DNA of 32,000 bases. Source: Candidatus Paracaedimonas acanthamoebae (GTDB taxonomy: Bacteria > Pseudomonadota > Alphaproteobacteria > Caedimonadales > Caedimonadaceae). Below are positions 9,487 through 17,975 of the stretch, one piece after another. The stretch covers positions 1,350,001-1,382,000 of the forward strand of contig CP008936.1 in NCBI GenBank assembly GCA_000743035.1, given 5' to 3'. Within the stretch, counting starts at the first letter, position 1. Every line of letters begins with the position of its first letter. The notes under the pieces were generated by a model, which worked only from the letters and a program-made list of their open reading frames with translations, made no database searches and had not been told where the DNA came from. The position numbers were made by a program, and so were the translations under genes.

Positions 9487-10266
9487 ATGAAAAAGTTACC
9501 CGTTTTTCAGATTACAAAAGACGCTTATCATTTCATTTTTACCGATGCAAAGAAAATTTTGCCCATGTTTGTTCAATATAGCACTAGCATAGTTTTACTC
9601 TATGTCTTTTTGCATTTGATAAAGGATCATTTTACTTTTTCACCCACAGGAATATCTAGAATTTTTTCCTCCCTTGCCATTTTTACTTTTACAACCTTAG
9701 CGTTATGGCTTCAATTACCCCTGAATATAAGTGTTGTGCGAACCACAGCAATACAAGAGAAAATTGGAAAAGATTATTTTCATTTAGTTTTGGCTACACG
9801 CACGAGAAAAGCATTTTTAACGATGGTTATTACATCTTTACTTTTTATGATGACTTTAGTTGGAACAGCGGCGATCATTGGGGGACTTGCTTTTGCTTTC
9901 TCACCATTAAATTTACAAGGGATTAGCCTTAATATTTTCAACATTATGCTTACAATGTTTGGACTTATTTTTATTCTTTATGTTGTTCTTCGTCTTTTCT
10001 TAGCTATCCCTAATGCATCTTTAGATAATCCGCAGCCTATAAGACTCTCTTGGAGAGGTTTGAAAGGACAATTAATAAGACTTCTTGTAATTGTTATACT
10101 GACATGCCTCCCAAGCATTGTATGGTCATCGTTTGTAAGTTTCTTGTTGAATGTTTCTTTAGACGCAAATCCTCTTGCCTATGGGCTTTTGAACTTGCCA
10201 CAACTTTATCTTGGTTTAATTCTATGGGCTGGATTAGGGCTTGTTTATAAACACCTTAACATATAA
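9487..10266 (+). CDS. Hypothetical polytopic inner-membrane protein (about 6 TM)
   Basis: Hydrophobic helices run throughout, and a strong terminator follows the gene. I recognise no catalytic motif. Confidence 0.6.
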   Translation: MKKLPVFQITKDAYHFIFTDAKKILPMFVQYSTSIVLLYVFLHLIKDHFTFSPTGISRIFSSLAIFTFTTLALWLQLPLNISVVRTTAIQEKIGKDYFHLVLATRTRKAFLTMVITSLLFMMTLVGTAAIIGGLAFAFSPLNLQGISLNIFNIMLTMFGLIFILYVVLRLFLAIPNASLDNPQPIRLSWRGLKGQLIRLLVIVILTCLPSIVWSSFVSFLLNVSLDANPLAYGLLNLPQLYLGLILWAGLGLVYKHLNI

Positions 10267-10285
10267 AAAAGAATTTTTAACTTAG

Positions 10286-10316
10286 CTCCTAGCCTTAAGG
10301 CTAGGAGTTTCCTTTT
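10286..10316 (+). terminator. Rho-independent terminator after the membrane-protein gene
   Basis: There is a perfect 9-bp stem CTCCTAGCC (10286-10294) / GGCTAGGAG (10299-10307) with loop TTAA, followed by TTTCCTTTT. Confidence 0.6.
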
Positions 10317-10436
10317 GTCTAATTTTTTGGTCCTATGTTAAAAACTCATAGTTCCTTTGCGTTTTTTCCTCTTTAAATTGACAAAAAGTCACCTATATTA
10401 ATAAGGAGAGAAATTTATTTTATAAAGGCACTCAGG

Positions 10437-11564
10437 ATGCATTTAAGATTTCCAATTTACTTTATGATGATGCTGGTTTTTTCAGGCCTCAATACAACTT
10501 ATGCTTGCGATACAGAAGACCTTACAAGTATCCATGAAGAGGCCGGTTTAACTTTCGTTAAACGCTATGCACCTGATACTCTTCCCCTCTCTTTTTTTGA
10601 GGAATTAGCAAATCACGGGAAAACTACACGAGAAGACATCACTTATTCGGTGATGGATCAATCCGTTATTCAAGCAAAACTCCCAACAAACCTTCCCATC
10701 AGTGATGGGTTGCTGGGACATAGGGAAAACCTTGAGATTAAACGCCTCACGACAACGCCACGCACGATTGAAGGTGACCCAAGCAAACTGGCGCTAGAAT
10801 ATGCTTATAAAGGAAGATGGTTTTCAGGCGAACAAAAATTCGCTTTCTATGCACACTTTCAGGACCCATTGGATGAAAAATTTGTCCAACAATGGACCAC
10901 AACTTTACAAGGATTCACAATCCATTACCAAGAAGATAATACCCTCATTGCGACCCTCCTTCTTGAAGGGAAGGAAGAAGAGATTGAACCTTCTTCCCTT
11001 CTAAAGCAAGTTACCACGGCAGCTCAATTTGTTGCTCCTTATGTTCTTAATGACGTCGCTCAAAGCCTTGCGCCGAAACTTGTTTCCTCTGAAGCACTTG
11101 TTGTTCTCAATGCCCTTTCTGCTAAATCCGGATATGATACGCCTCTGCATGCTTTACTGTCTCAAGATGAAACCCAAGAAACCGAAGTTGATCCTCTTGA
11201 CCAAAAACGGAAGGAACTTGCTAAAACTTCTGAAGCTATTGGAGCTACGCTTGCTCTTGTGCCTGGTGCAACAAAAGTCAGAACTGCCATAAATCTTGCC
11301 TGCCAGTATGGTGGCTATGATAGTTTAACCCATTTGATTAAAGGTGTCCCTTCAAAATCAAAAGGTAACACAACGGAAGAAGATTCCTATCAAAGAAAGA
11401 TTGACTTTGCTAAGGGGGCGGCTCGCTTGGCAATCCTTATGGTTGTACCAGGCGCAAAATTTATCGTCATCGGCAGCAAGATCTATGAATTTGTCGCGGG
11501 GGAATCCATCACTCAAACAGTTGTTGAAAAAGTTACGAACTCCCCTCAGACAGACAAAAACTAA
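10437..11564 (+). CDS. Hypothetical secreted protein with C-terminal tandem repeats
   Basis: The signal peptide is MHLRFPIYFMMMLVFSGLNTTYA. The C-terminal third contains two ~60 aa repeats plus a partial third (N..GYD..H...Q(K)RK...AK......L..VPGA). I recognise no family. Confidence 0.6.
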   Translation: MHLRFPIYFMMMLVFSGLNTTYACDTEDLTSIHEEAGLTFVKRYAPDTLPLSFFEELANHGKTTREDITYSVMDQSVIQAKLPTNLPISDGLLGHRENLEIKRLTTTPRTIEGDPSKLALEYAYKGRWFSGEQKFAFYAHFQDPLDEKFVQQWTTTLQGFTIHYQEDNTLIATLLLEGKEEEIEPSSLLKQVTTAAQFVAPYVLNDVAQSLAPKLVSSEALVVLNALSAKSGYDTPLHALLSQDETQETEVDPLDQKRKELAKTSEAIGATLALVPGATKVRTAINLACQYGGYDSLTHLIKGVPSKSKGNTTEEDSYQRKIDFAKGAARLAILMVVPGAKFIVIGSKIYEFVAGESITQTVVEKVTNSPQTDKN

Positions 11565-12532
11565 GCTTGTAAAGCTTGCTTATCCGTGTGCCTTAACATT
11601 CCTTCCTGAGCTCTATGAGAACGAGGGAAATAAGAGCTCGCTTGTGGCGATACGTAAGCGGTTTTTACATCATTACTCTGTTGAGACTCAAATAAATAAC
11701 GTTCAACCCTTGCCATAATCTTCGCCGGTGTAAAGCCTTCTCGAGGAAATACAACACCCCCCATAGAAATAGGAATTTCAATTAATTGATCTTGCTCATA
11801 AATTTTAAGTTCTTGAATGGCATAGGCTATGCGCTGATACGCCCGAACAAGCCCCCAATGATCGCAATTCTTCAAAATAAGACCAAAGCCACATCCATTG
11901 GACCTTCCTATAAAATCGTCAAAACGGATTGTTCCCCTTAGTGCTTCTCCAACCTTCTCAATTATGATTTGCGTTGTCTGCAGCCCAAAACGACATGTTA
12001 TATATTCTAAGTGATCAATCATAAGCGCAATATAAGCCCCTCCTTGATGATTAATAATGGCTTGATCAATAAAGCAAGAAAGCGTCTCTAGTATGAGTTC
12101 TTTCTCAGGTAAACCTGTTAAAGAATCATAACCTGAATGATTTTGGTCAAGTTGCCCTAAGAGATCATCTTCTAAAAAGGTGAGAGTCCCTTGAAGCTTG
12201 TAAGGTTGTCCATTTTTATCAAAAAATACTTCCCCCTCATCTAAGACAGGACAGGACTTATAGTTAGGTAAAGTCAGCATATATGCGCATTGGTACTCAT
12301 TGGTAATAGATTTTAAGTGCATCAGTGCTTGCACACGCTTATAGAAAGTATGCGTAGATAAGAAATTATGATAACTACTTCCAGTTTTAAATGGGGCTTC
12401 TGGACTTAAAAGAAGATTCAGAGGACCTCGCCAGTCAATAAGATCACGCTCAAGGTCCCATGTATATCCAATGGTTCCAGTTGCCTTAATTATGTCAATA
12501 ATTTCAAGTGGTTCCAAGCGAATCCCATCCAT
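11561..12532 (-). CDS. PAS-like sensor plus degenerate GGDEF domain protein (probably non-catalytic)
   Basis: The N-terminus is PAS-like (GYTWDLERDLIDW...EYQCAYML...DKNGQPYKLQGTL). The GGDEF-domain landmarks YDSLTGL, ALMIDHLEY, RFDD and NGCGF follow, with NGCGF in place of GG(D/E)EF (codons at 11885-11926). Confidence 0.7.
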   Translation of the reverse strand: MDGIRLEPLEIIDIIKATGTIGYTWDLERDLIDWRGPLNLLLSPEAPFKTGSSYHNFLSTHTFYKRVQALMHLKSITNEYQCAYMLTLPNYKSCPVLDEGEVFFDKNGQPYKLQGTLTFLEDDLLGQLDQNHSGYDSLTGLPEKELILETLSCFIDQAIINHQGGAYIALMIDHLEYITCRFGLQTTQIIIEKVGEALRGTIRFDDFIGRSNGCGFGLILKNCDHWGLVRAYQRIAYAIQELKIYEQDQLIEIPISMGGVVFPREGFTPAKIMARVERYLFESQQSNDVKTAYVSPQASSYFPRSHRAQEGMLRHTDKQALQA

Positions 12533-12713
12533 GTTTCATCCCCTCTTATTATTTTCTTACTTTTATCTTATCGCCATAAACTTACTGACTTATTAATGAT
12601 AAAAATAATTTTTAAGAATAGGATGTAAAATCGAACGCCAAAGCAAAAGTATTGACTTAAAAAAATACCCTCATTAATTCACCCTTTTAAAAAGGATAAA
12701 ACCCAAATTTATC

Positions 12714-13433
12714 TTAAATTAATCCAAGAGCTTTTCGTTGCAACATGACAAGCTTATCAACCCCAGAGCGTGCTAACTCCATCAAAGCTTCAAAATCATG
12801 CTGATCAAACGGTGTTTTCTCAGCAGTTGCTTGCACTTCAATGATTTGTCCTTTTCCAGTAAGCACAAAATTGGCATCAGCTTCTGCTTGTGAATCTTCA
12901 TCGTAATCTAAATCAAGGACTGGCTTCCCTTGATAAATCCCACAGGAAATTGCCGCAACTTGATCTAATAAAGGGTTTTGTTTCAGTGCCCCTTCTTTTA
13001 ATAGCTTATCTATGGCTTGATAAAGCGCCACATATGCTCCTGTAATGGAGGCTGTACGCGTTCCTCCATCTGCCTGAATTACATCGCAATCTATCTTTAT
13101 CTGCCTTTCACCAAGAGCTGTCAGATTAAGTACAGACCGAAGAGAACGACCTATTAAACGCTGAATTTCTTGTGTACGACCCGTTTGCTTTCCTCGAGCC
13201 GCTTCTCGTTCTGTACGAACTTGCGTCGCACGAGGGAGCATTCCATACTCGGCCGTAATCCAACCACTTCCTGTCCCTTTTACAAAAGGTGGTACTTTGT
13301 CTTCAATGGTTGCCGTACACAAGACGTGCGTATGACCAAAGCGTGCCAAACATGATCCTTCAGCATACTTTGCATAGTTCGGCTCTAGCCTTATATCTCT
13401 TAACTGTGATGTTGTTCTTCCAGAAGGGCGCAT
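12714..13433 (-). CDS. rph: Ribonuclease PH
   Basis: MRPSGRT...LR.I......YAEGSC and [15 protein letters not shown] with [19 protein letters not shown] show full-length RNase PH similarity. Confidence 0.95.
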   Translation of the reverse strand: MRPSGRTTSQLRDIRLEPNYAKYAEGSCLARFGHTHVLCTATIEDKVPPFVKGTGSGWITAEYGMLPRATQVRTEREAARGKQTGRTQEIQRLIGRSLRSVLNLTALGERQIKIDCDVIQADGGTRTASITGAYVALYQAIDKLLKEGALKQNPLLDQVAAISCGIYQGKPVLDLDYDEDSQAEADANFVLTGKGQIIEVQATAEKTPFDQHDFEALMELARSGVDKLVMLQRKALGLI

Positions 13434-13453
13434 TCTTTCTTCCCATGTAAATA

Positions 13454-13482
13454 TTGACTCGACGCTTCTGGGTTACTACATT
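13454..13482 (+). promoter_or_regulatory. Candidate promoter for hrcA-grpE
   Basis: TTGACT (13454-13459), a 17-nt spacer and TACATT (13477-13482) lie about 30 nt upstream of the hrcA ATG. This is sequence pattern only, and the sigma factor is unknown. Confidence 0.2.
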
Positions 13483-13511
13483 TCTATGTGAAATGGAAAG
13501 TATTATTCATC

Positions 13512-14546
13512 ATGCTTGAGAGATTGAACATACGCTCACGAGAAATTTTTCGCCTTCTTGTTGAGTCTTATTGCCAAACAGGAGAAGCGATTGGCTCACG
13601 CACGCTTTCCGAGCGCCTTTCTTCTTCACTCTCTCCAGCAACGATTCGAAATGTTCTTGCTCAACTTGAATCTTTAGGCCTTTTATATTCTCCTCATCAT
13701 TCCGCAGGTCGCCTGCCAACAATTGAAGGATTAAAGCTTTTTGTTGAAGGTCTGCTAGAAGTTGGAACATTGAATGAAACAGAACGAGCAAGCCTTGAGA
13801 GTCAGTGTCAAACAAAGGGGTTAAACTTAGCTCAACTTCTTGAAAAAGTCAGTTCTTCTCTTTCAGGACTTGCGCGGTGTGCAAGCTTAGTGATCGCTCC
13901 TAAGCAAGATTCAAAATTAAAGCATCTTGAGTTTGTCCCTTTGCATCCAGGTCGAGCTCTTGTTGTGCTTGTGACAGAAGATGGTGAAGTTGAGAACCGC
14001 CTGATTCAAGTCCCTTTAGGGTTACCAACTTCCGTATTTATGGAAGCAACCAATTATCTCAATGCTCGACTTTGTGGCACAAGCTTATCGGATGTAAAAA
14101 CAAGCATTCTTTCAGAAATTGAAGTTCATGAAGCTGAGCTCAATAGCCTTGCCAAGCAAGTTGTGGAAGCTGGATTAGGTGTGTGGAGTGGCCCTCCTAC
14201 ACTCGGCACCCTTATCGTGCGAGGACAAGCCCATCTTTTAGAAGATGTTGAAGGCTTAGAAGACTTAGAACGTTTACGCCATCTTTTTTATGAGCTTGAA
14301 ACACGAGAAAACTTTATTAATCTTCTTGATGCCGCTATAAATGCAGAAGGCATTCAAATTTTTATTGGGTCCAACAATAGCCTTTTTAAAATGGCAGGTT
14401 GCTCCATGATTGTTGCACCCTATCACAATCGGCATCAACAAATTGTTGGAGCAATTGGTGTTATAGGGCCCACACGTTTGAACTATGGCCGTATTATACC
14501 CATGGTTGATTATACGGCCCAATTAATTAGTCGTTCACTAAGTTAA
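13512..14546 (+). CDS. hrcA: Heat-inducible transcription repressor HrcA
   Basis: LNIRSREIFRLLVESYCQTGEAIGSRTLSE (winged-helix N-terminus) and the C-terminal GAIGVIGPTRLNYGRIIPMVDYTA are present. An ATG at 13512 is preferred over the GTG at 13488. The rph<>hrcA-grpE arrangement is typical. Confidence 0.93.
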   Translation: MLERLNIRSREIFRLLVESYCQTGEAIGSRTLSERLSSSLSPATIRNVLAQLESLGLLYSPHHSAGRLPTIEGLKLFVEGLLEVGTLNETERASLESQCQTKGLNLAQLLEKVSSSLSGLARCASLVIAPKQDSKLKHLEFVPLHPGRALVVLVTEDGEVENRLIQVPLGLPTSVFMEATNYLNARLCGTSLSDVKTSILSEIEVHEAELNSLAKQVVEAGLGVWSGPPTLGTLIVRGQAHLLEDVEGLEDLERLRHLFYELETRENFINLLDAAINAEGIQIFIGSNNSLFKMAGCSMIVAPYHNRHQQIVGAIGVIGPTRLNYGRIIPMVDYTAQLISRSLS

Positions 14547-14556
14547 AGAGGATAGA

Positions 14557-15156
14557 ATGAACCAAGACCATAAGAAAATTGACTCTACAGAACTACCACA
14601 AGATGAAACTTCTACACCTACAGAAAATCCCCCATCTTTGAAAAATGAAAAGCTTCCAGATGAAAATACTTCAGAAGCTTCTTCTCAACCTTCAACTGAG
14701 GAAGAGATTAATACCCTTAAAGATCAACTTTTACGTGCTTTGGCTGAAAATGATAATATTCGTAAAAGAGCTCAACGTGAAAAAGAGGATGCCTCTCGTT
14801 TTGCCATTGCTAACTTTGCGCGAGACCTCTTAACAGTCGCAGATAATTTAACGCGCGCTCTTGAGAACATTCCTGCTGAAAAATTAGAAGAGAATGAGGC
14901 ACTTAAATCTCTTCTTGAAGGGGTCCAAATTACCGAACGTGAGTTTACCAATATACTTGAGCGTAATGGTATAAAAAAAGTGTCTCCTTTAGGAGAGCTT
15001 TTTGATCATAATTATCATCAAGCTATGCTTGAGGAAGAAAGTGCTGAATATCAACCTGGATACGTCACTCGCGTTTTACAGGCAGGATATGTGTTGAATG
15101 AAAGACTCTTGCGTCCAGCGCTAGTTGGCGTTGCCAAAGCAAAACCATCTGTTTGA
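14557..15156 (+). CDS. grpE: Nucleotide exchange factor GrpE
   Basis: An acidic N-terminus is followed by LKDQLLRALAENDNIRKRAQRE, FDHNYHQAM and GYVLNERLLRPALVGV. Confidence 0.93.
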   Translation: MNQDHKKIDSTELPQDETSTPTENPPSLKNEKLPDENTSEASSQPSTEEEINTLKDQLLRALAENDNIRKRAQREKEDASRFAIANFARDLLTVADNLTRALENIPAEKLEENEALKSLLEGVQITEREFTNILERNGIKKVSPLGELFDHNYHQAMLEEESAEYQPGYVTRVLQAGYVLNERLLRPALVGVAKAKPSV

Positions 15157-15195
15157 AGTTGACGCCCTCTGGCATTCCACTTATAAAGCCCACAA

Positions 15196-15269
15196 GCGGG
15201 TGTAGCTCAATGGTAGAGCAGAAGCTTCCCAAGCTTACGACGGGGGTTCGATTCCCCTCACCCGCTCCA
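15196..15269 (+). tRNA. tRNA-Gly (anticodon CCC), 3' CCA encoded
   Basis: The manual cloverleaf has acceptor GCGGGTG/CACCCGC, D arm GCTC-AATGGTA-GAGC, anticodon loop TTCCCAA (CCC at 15228-15230), T arm GGGGG-TTCGATT-CCCCT, discriminator T and CCA. Confidence 0.9.
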
Positions 15270-15300
15270 TTATTTTAATAATCCGAAAAATAAAATTAGT

Positions 15301-16710
15301 TCAAATATGAATAGCGTGTCCTTGAACACTTAAAGCAGCTTCTTTAAGAGCTTCGCTGGTTGTTGGATGCGCATGACAAATACGAGCAATGTCTTCTGCC
15401 GAAGCTTTATACTCTAAAGCAAGGACAGCCTCTGCAATCATTGTGCCTGCTTCACTATGAACGATATGAACCCCTAAGATTTCATCTGTTTTTTCATGAG
15501 CAAGAATTTTTAAAAAGCCTTCAGTGTCATTGTTCGCACGTGCACGGCTGTTGGCTTGAAAAGGAAACTTCCCGACTTTAAAAGGGATTTTCGCTTCTTT
15601 AAGTTCTTGTTCTGTTTTGCCAACACTGGCAACTTCAGGAGAGGTATAAATAACGGCTGGAATTGCATTGTAATTAACCTGTGGCCTTTGCCCCGCCATA
15701 AACTCGACAGCAGAAATGCCTTCTTCTTCAGCTTTATGGGCGAGCATAGAACCACCAATAACATCCCCAATTGCATAAATGCCGGGGATATTTGTTTCAA
15801 AATGATTATTGACTGAAATGAAGCCACGTTCTGTTGTCTTGATTCCTAGGCGCTCAAGTCCCAATCCTTGGATGAAAGGTTTCCTGCCTACTGAAATTAG
15901 CACGACCTCACTTTCTAAAACTTCGTCTTTAGAATCAAGAATAGAACTCACAATTGTCCGAACATTTTCAGTACTGGATTCTACAGACTTAACTTGAGTT
16001 GCAAGCTTGAAATGCACTCCCTGCTTCTCAAGAGATTTCTTCAAAGCAGTTCCAGCTTCTTGATCCATAGAAGGAACAATTCGATCTGAATACTCAATAA
16101 CCGTAATTTCACACCCTAAACGACGCCATATAGATCCTATTTCAAGGCCTATATAACCGCCTCCGATGATGATCATAGACTGTGGCACCGATTTAAGTGA
16201 TAAAGCTCCTGTCGAGCTTAAAATTCTTTGCTCATCAATAACCACTCCCGATAATGGTGTTGGTATAGAGCCTGTTGCAATAAGGATTTTAGGTGTCTCC
16301 AGAATCATAAGCTCACCTGTTGCTAAAGTGAGCTGAACCTCATGAGATGAATGTAATGATGCCTCGCCATTAAGAAATTCAATTTTATTCTTTTTAAAAA
16401 GATAAGAAATTCCTTGAACGAGTCCTTGAACAACTTTTTCTTTTTGCTGCATCATAAGAGAGAGATCAGCTCGCAAATGATCAAATAAAATTCCCTGCTG
16501 ATAGAAATTATCTCTTGCCTCAGCAAACTTATGAGTCGAATGTAATAAAGCTTTCGAAGGAATACATCCTATATTCAAACAAGTTCCTCCGGGCATGTCA
16601 CGTTTATCAATACAAGCCACTTTCATCCCTAATTGAGCTGCTCTAATAGCAGCAACATACCCTCCAGGGCCTGCTCCAATCACGATAAGATCAAAGTATT
16701 TGTAACTCAC
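15301..16710 (-). CDS. lpdA: Dihydrolipoyl dehydrogenase (E3)
   Basis: The FAD motif is DLIVIGAGPGGY, the redox-active site is GGTCLNIGCIPSK, and the C-terminal HAHPTTSE is present. The start is GTG. The gene lies 2 nt downstream of sucB. Confidence 0.95.
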   Translation of the reverse strand: MSYKYFDLIVIGAGPGGYVAAIRAAQLGMKVACIDKRDMPGGTCLNIGCIPSKALLHSTHKFAEARDNFYQQGILFDHLRADLSLMMQQKEKVVQGLVQGISYLFKKNKIEFLNGEASLHSSHEVQLTLATGELMILETPKILIATGSIPTPLSGVVIDEQRILSSTGALSLKSVPQSMIIIGGGYIGLEIGSIWRRLGCEITVIEYSDRIVPSMDQEAGTALKKSLEKQGVHFKLATQVKSVESSTENVRTIVSSILDSKDEVLESEVVLISVGRKPFIQGLGLERLGIKTTERGFISVNNHFETNIPGIYAIGDVIGGSMLAHKAEEEGISAVEFMAGQRPQVNYNAIPAVIYTSPEVASVGKTEQELKEAKIPFKVGKFPFQANSRARANNDTEGFLKILAHEKTDEILGVHIVHSEAGTMIAEAVLALEYKASAEDIARICHAHPTTSEALKEAALSVQGHAIHI

Positions 16711-16712
16711 TT

Positions 16713-17963
16713 TTAAATCCCAATTAAAAGACGTTGCAAATCTTCAATATATTCTTTAACTCGAACTAAGAAAGTAACGGCTTCACGCCCGTCAATGATA
16801 CGATGGTCATACGTCAACGCGATATACATCATTGGCCGAATGACAATTTGATCATTGATTACAACAGGCCTCTTTTCAATTTTATGCATTCCTAAAATTC
16901 CTGTTTGTGGGGGATTGATAATAGGTGTTGACATAAGAGATCCAAAGACACCCCCATTTGTAATCGTGAAAGTCCCACCAGTAAGGTCATCAAGAGTGAG
17001 TTTACCTGTTTGCGCTCTTTGTCCCATATCTGCGATCATTAGCTCAATTTCAGAAAAATTAAGAAGGTCTGCATTCCTCACAACAGGCACAACTAAGCCA
17101 TTGGGTGTTGAAACAGCAACTCCCATGTCATAATGATTTTTGTAAACAATCTCATCATTTTGGATCTCTGCATTTAAAGCAGGTATTTCTTGAAGTGCTG
17201 CAATTGTTGCTTTTACAAAAAAAGACATCATTCCCAAACGAGTACCATATCGTTTTTCAAATTTATCTCGGTATATGTCCCGAGCCATCATTACCTGAGT
17301 CATATCAACTTCATTAAAAGTTGTTAGCATGGCCGCTGTATTCTGTGCTTCTTTAAGTCTTTCTGCAATTCGTAGACGTAAACGGCTCATTTTAACGCGT
17401 TTTTCTGGCTCCACATGTTGAAGCTCACGACGATATATAGCTTGAGATACTGGCGATGAAGCTTGACTTTCTACTGTTGATGTCGAGTGGGAAGTCGCTT
17501 TTGTTTCGCGATCATAGAGATGATTTTGAACATCTTCTTTTATAAGACGACCTGCTTTGCCTGTTCCCTGAATATCTGAGGGATTTATTTGGTTTTCTGC
17601 AACCATTTTTCTGACCGCAGGTGAGAACTGATTTGATTGAGCACTGATCTGATCGGTAGTAGAGGATTGCGGCAGTTCCGTTATTTCCTCCTTAACCTGC
17701 ACTCCTTTTGACGCTTTTTCCGGAGCTTCAGAATCAACAAAACCAATAACTGATCCTACTTTAACTTGCTGCCCTTGCAGAAACCGAGTTTCACTTAAGA
17801 CGCCAGTTTGAGGCGAATTAATCTCGATTGTCACTTTGTCAGTCTCAAGCTCAACCAATGGCTCGTCTAATTTAATGCTCTCACCAACCTGCTTAAGCCA
17901 TCGACTAACTGTGGCTTCGGTTACTGATTCACCTAAAGGAGGAACTATTATCTCTTTAATCAT
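16713..17963 (-). CDS. sucB: Dihydrolipoyllysine-residue succinyltransferase (E2 of 2-oxoglutarate dehydrogenase)
   Basis: The lipoyl domain is [10 protein letters not shown], followed by a peripheral-subunit-binding domain (SPAVRKM) and the catalytic DHRIIDG. Confidence 0.95.
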   Translation of the reverse strand: MIKEIIVPPLGESVTEATVSRWLKQVGESIKLDEPLVELETDKVTIEINSPQTGVLSETRFLQGQQVKVGSVIGFVDSEAPEKASKGVQVKEEITELPQSSTTDQISAQSNQFSPAVRKMVAENQINPSDIQGTGKAGRLIKEDVQNHLYDRETKATSHSTSTVESQASSPVSQAIYRRELQHVEPEKRVKMSRLRLRIAERLKEAQNTAAMLTTFNEVDMTQVMMARDIYRDKFEKRYGTRLGMMSFFVKATIAALQEIPALNAEIQNDEIVYKNHYDMGVAVSTPNGLVVPVVRNADLLNFSEIELMIADMGQRAQTGKLTLDDLTGGTFTITNGGVFGSLMSTPIINPPQTGILGMHKIEKRPVVINDQIVIRPMMYIALTYDHRIIDGREAVTFLVRVKEYIEDLQRLLIGI

Positions 17964-17975
17964 AGGGCTTTTCCA

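Noticed and set aside
10378-10404. Promoter-like TTGACA (10378-10383) upstream of the secreted-protein gene
   Set aside because: The best -10 candidates give spacers of 15 nt or fewer (TAATAA) or a poor hexamer at 17 nt. In AT-rich DNA this is too weak to call.
10801-11718. Alternate-frame ORFs (67, 87 and 124 aa) overlapping the secreted-protein gene and the GGDEF-like gene
   Set aside because: They are shadow ORFs in other frames of longer ORFs that have a signal peptide or domain structure, and their composition is low-complexity and K/L-rich.
13434-13511. CIRCE operator (TTAGCACTC-N9-GAGTGCTAA) expected near hrcA
   Set aside because: I could not find the inverted repeat in the rph-hrcA intergenic region. 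In alphaproteobacteria CIRCE is usually at groESL, so absence here is not anomalous.
15196-15300. tRNA-Gly as a potential genomic-island integration site
   Set aside because: There is no integrase, no direct repeat of the tRNA 3' end and no foreign genes. The tRNA is followed after 31 nt by the convergent lpdA stop.
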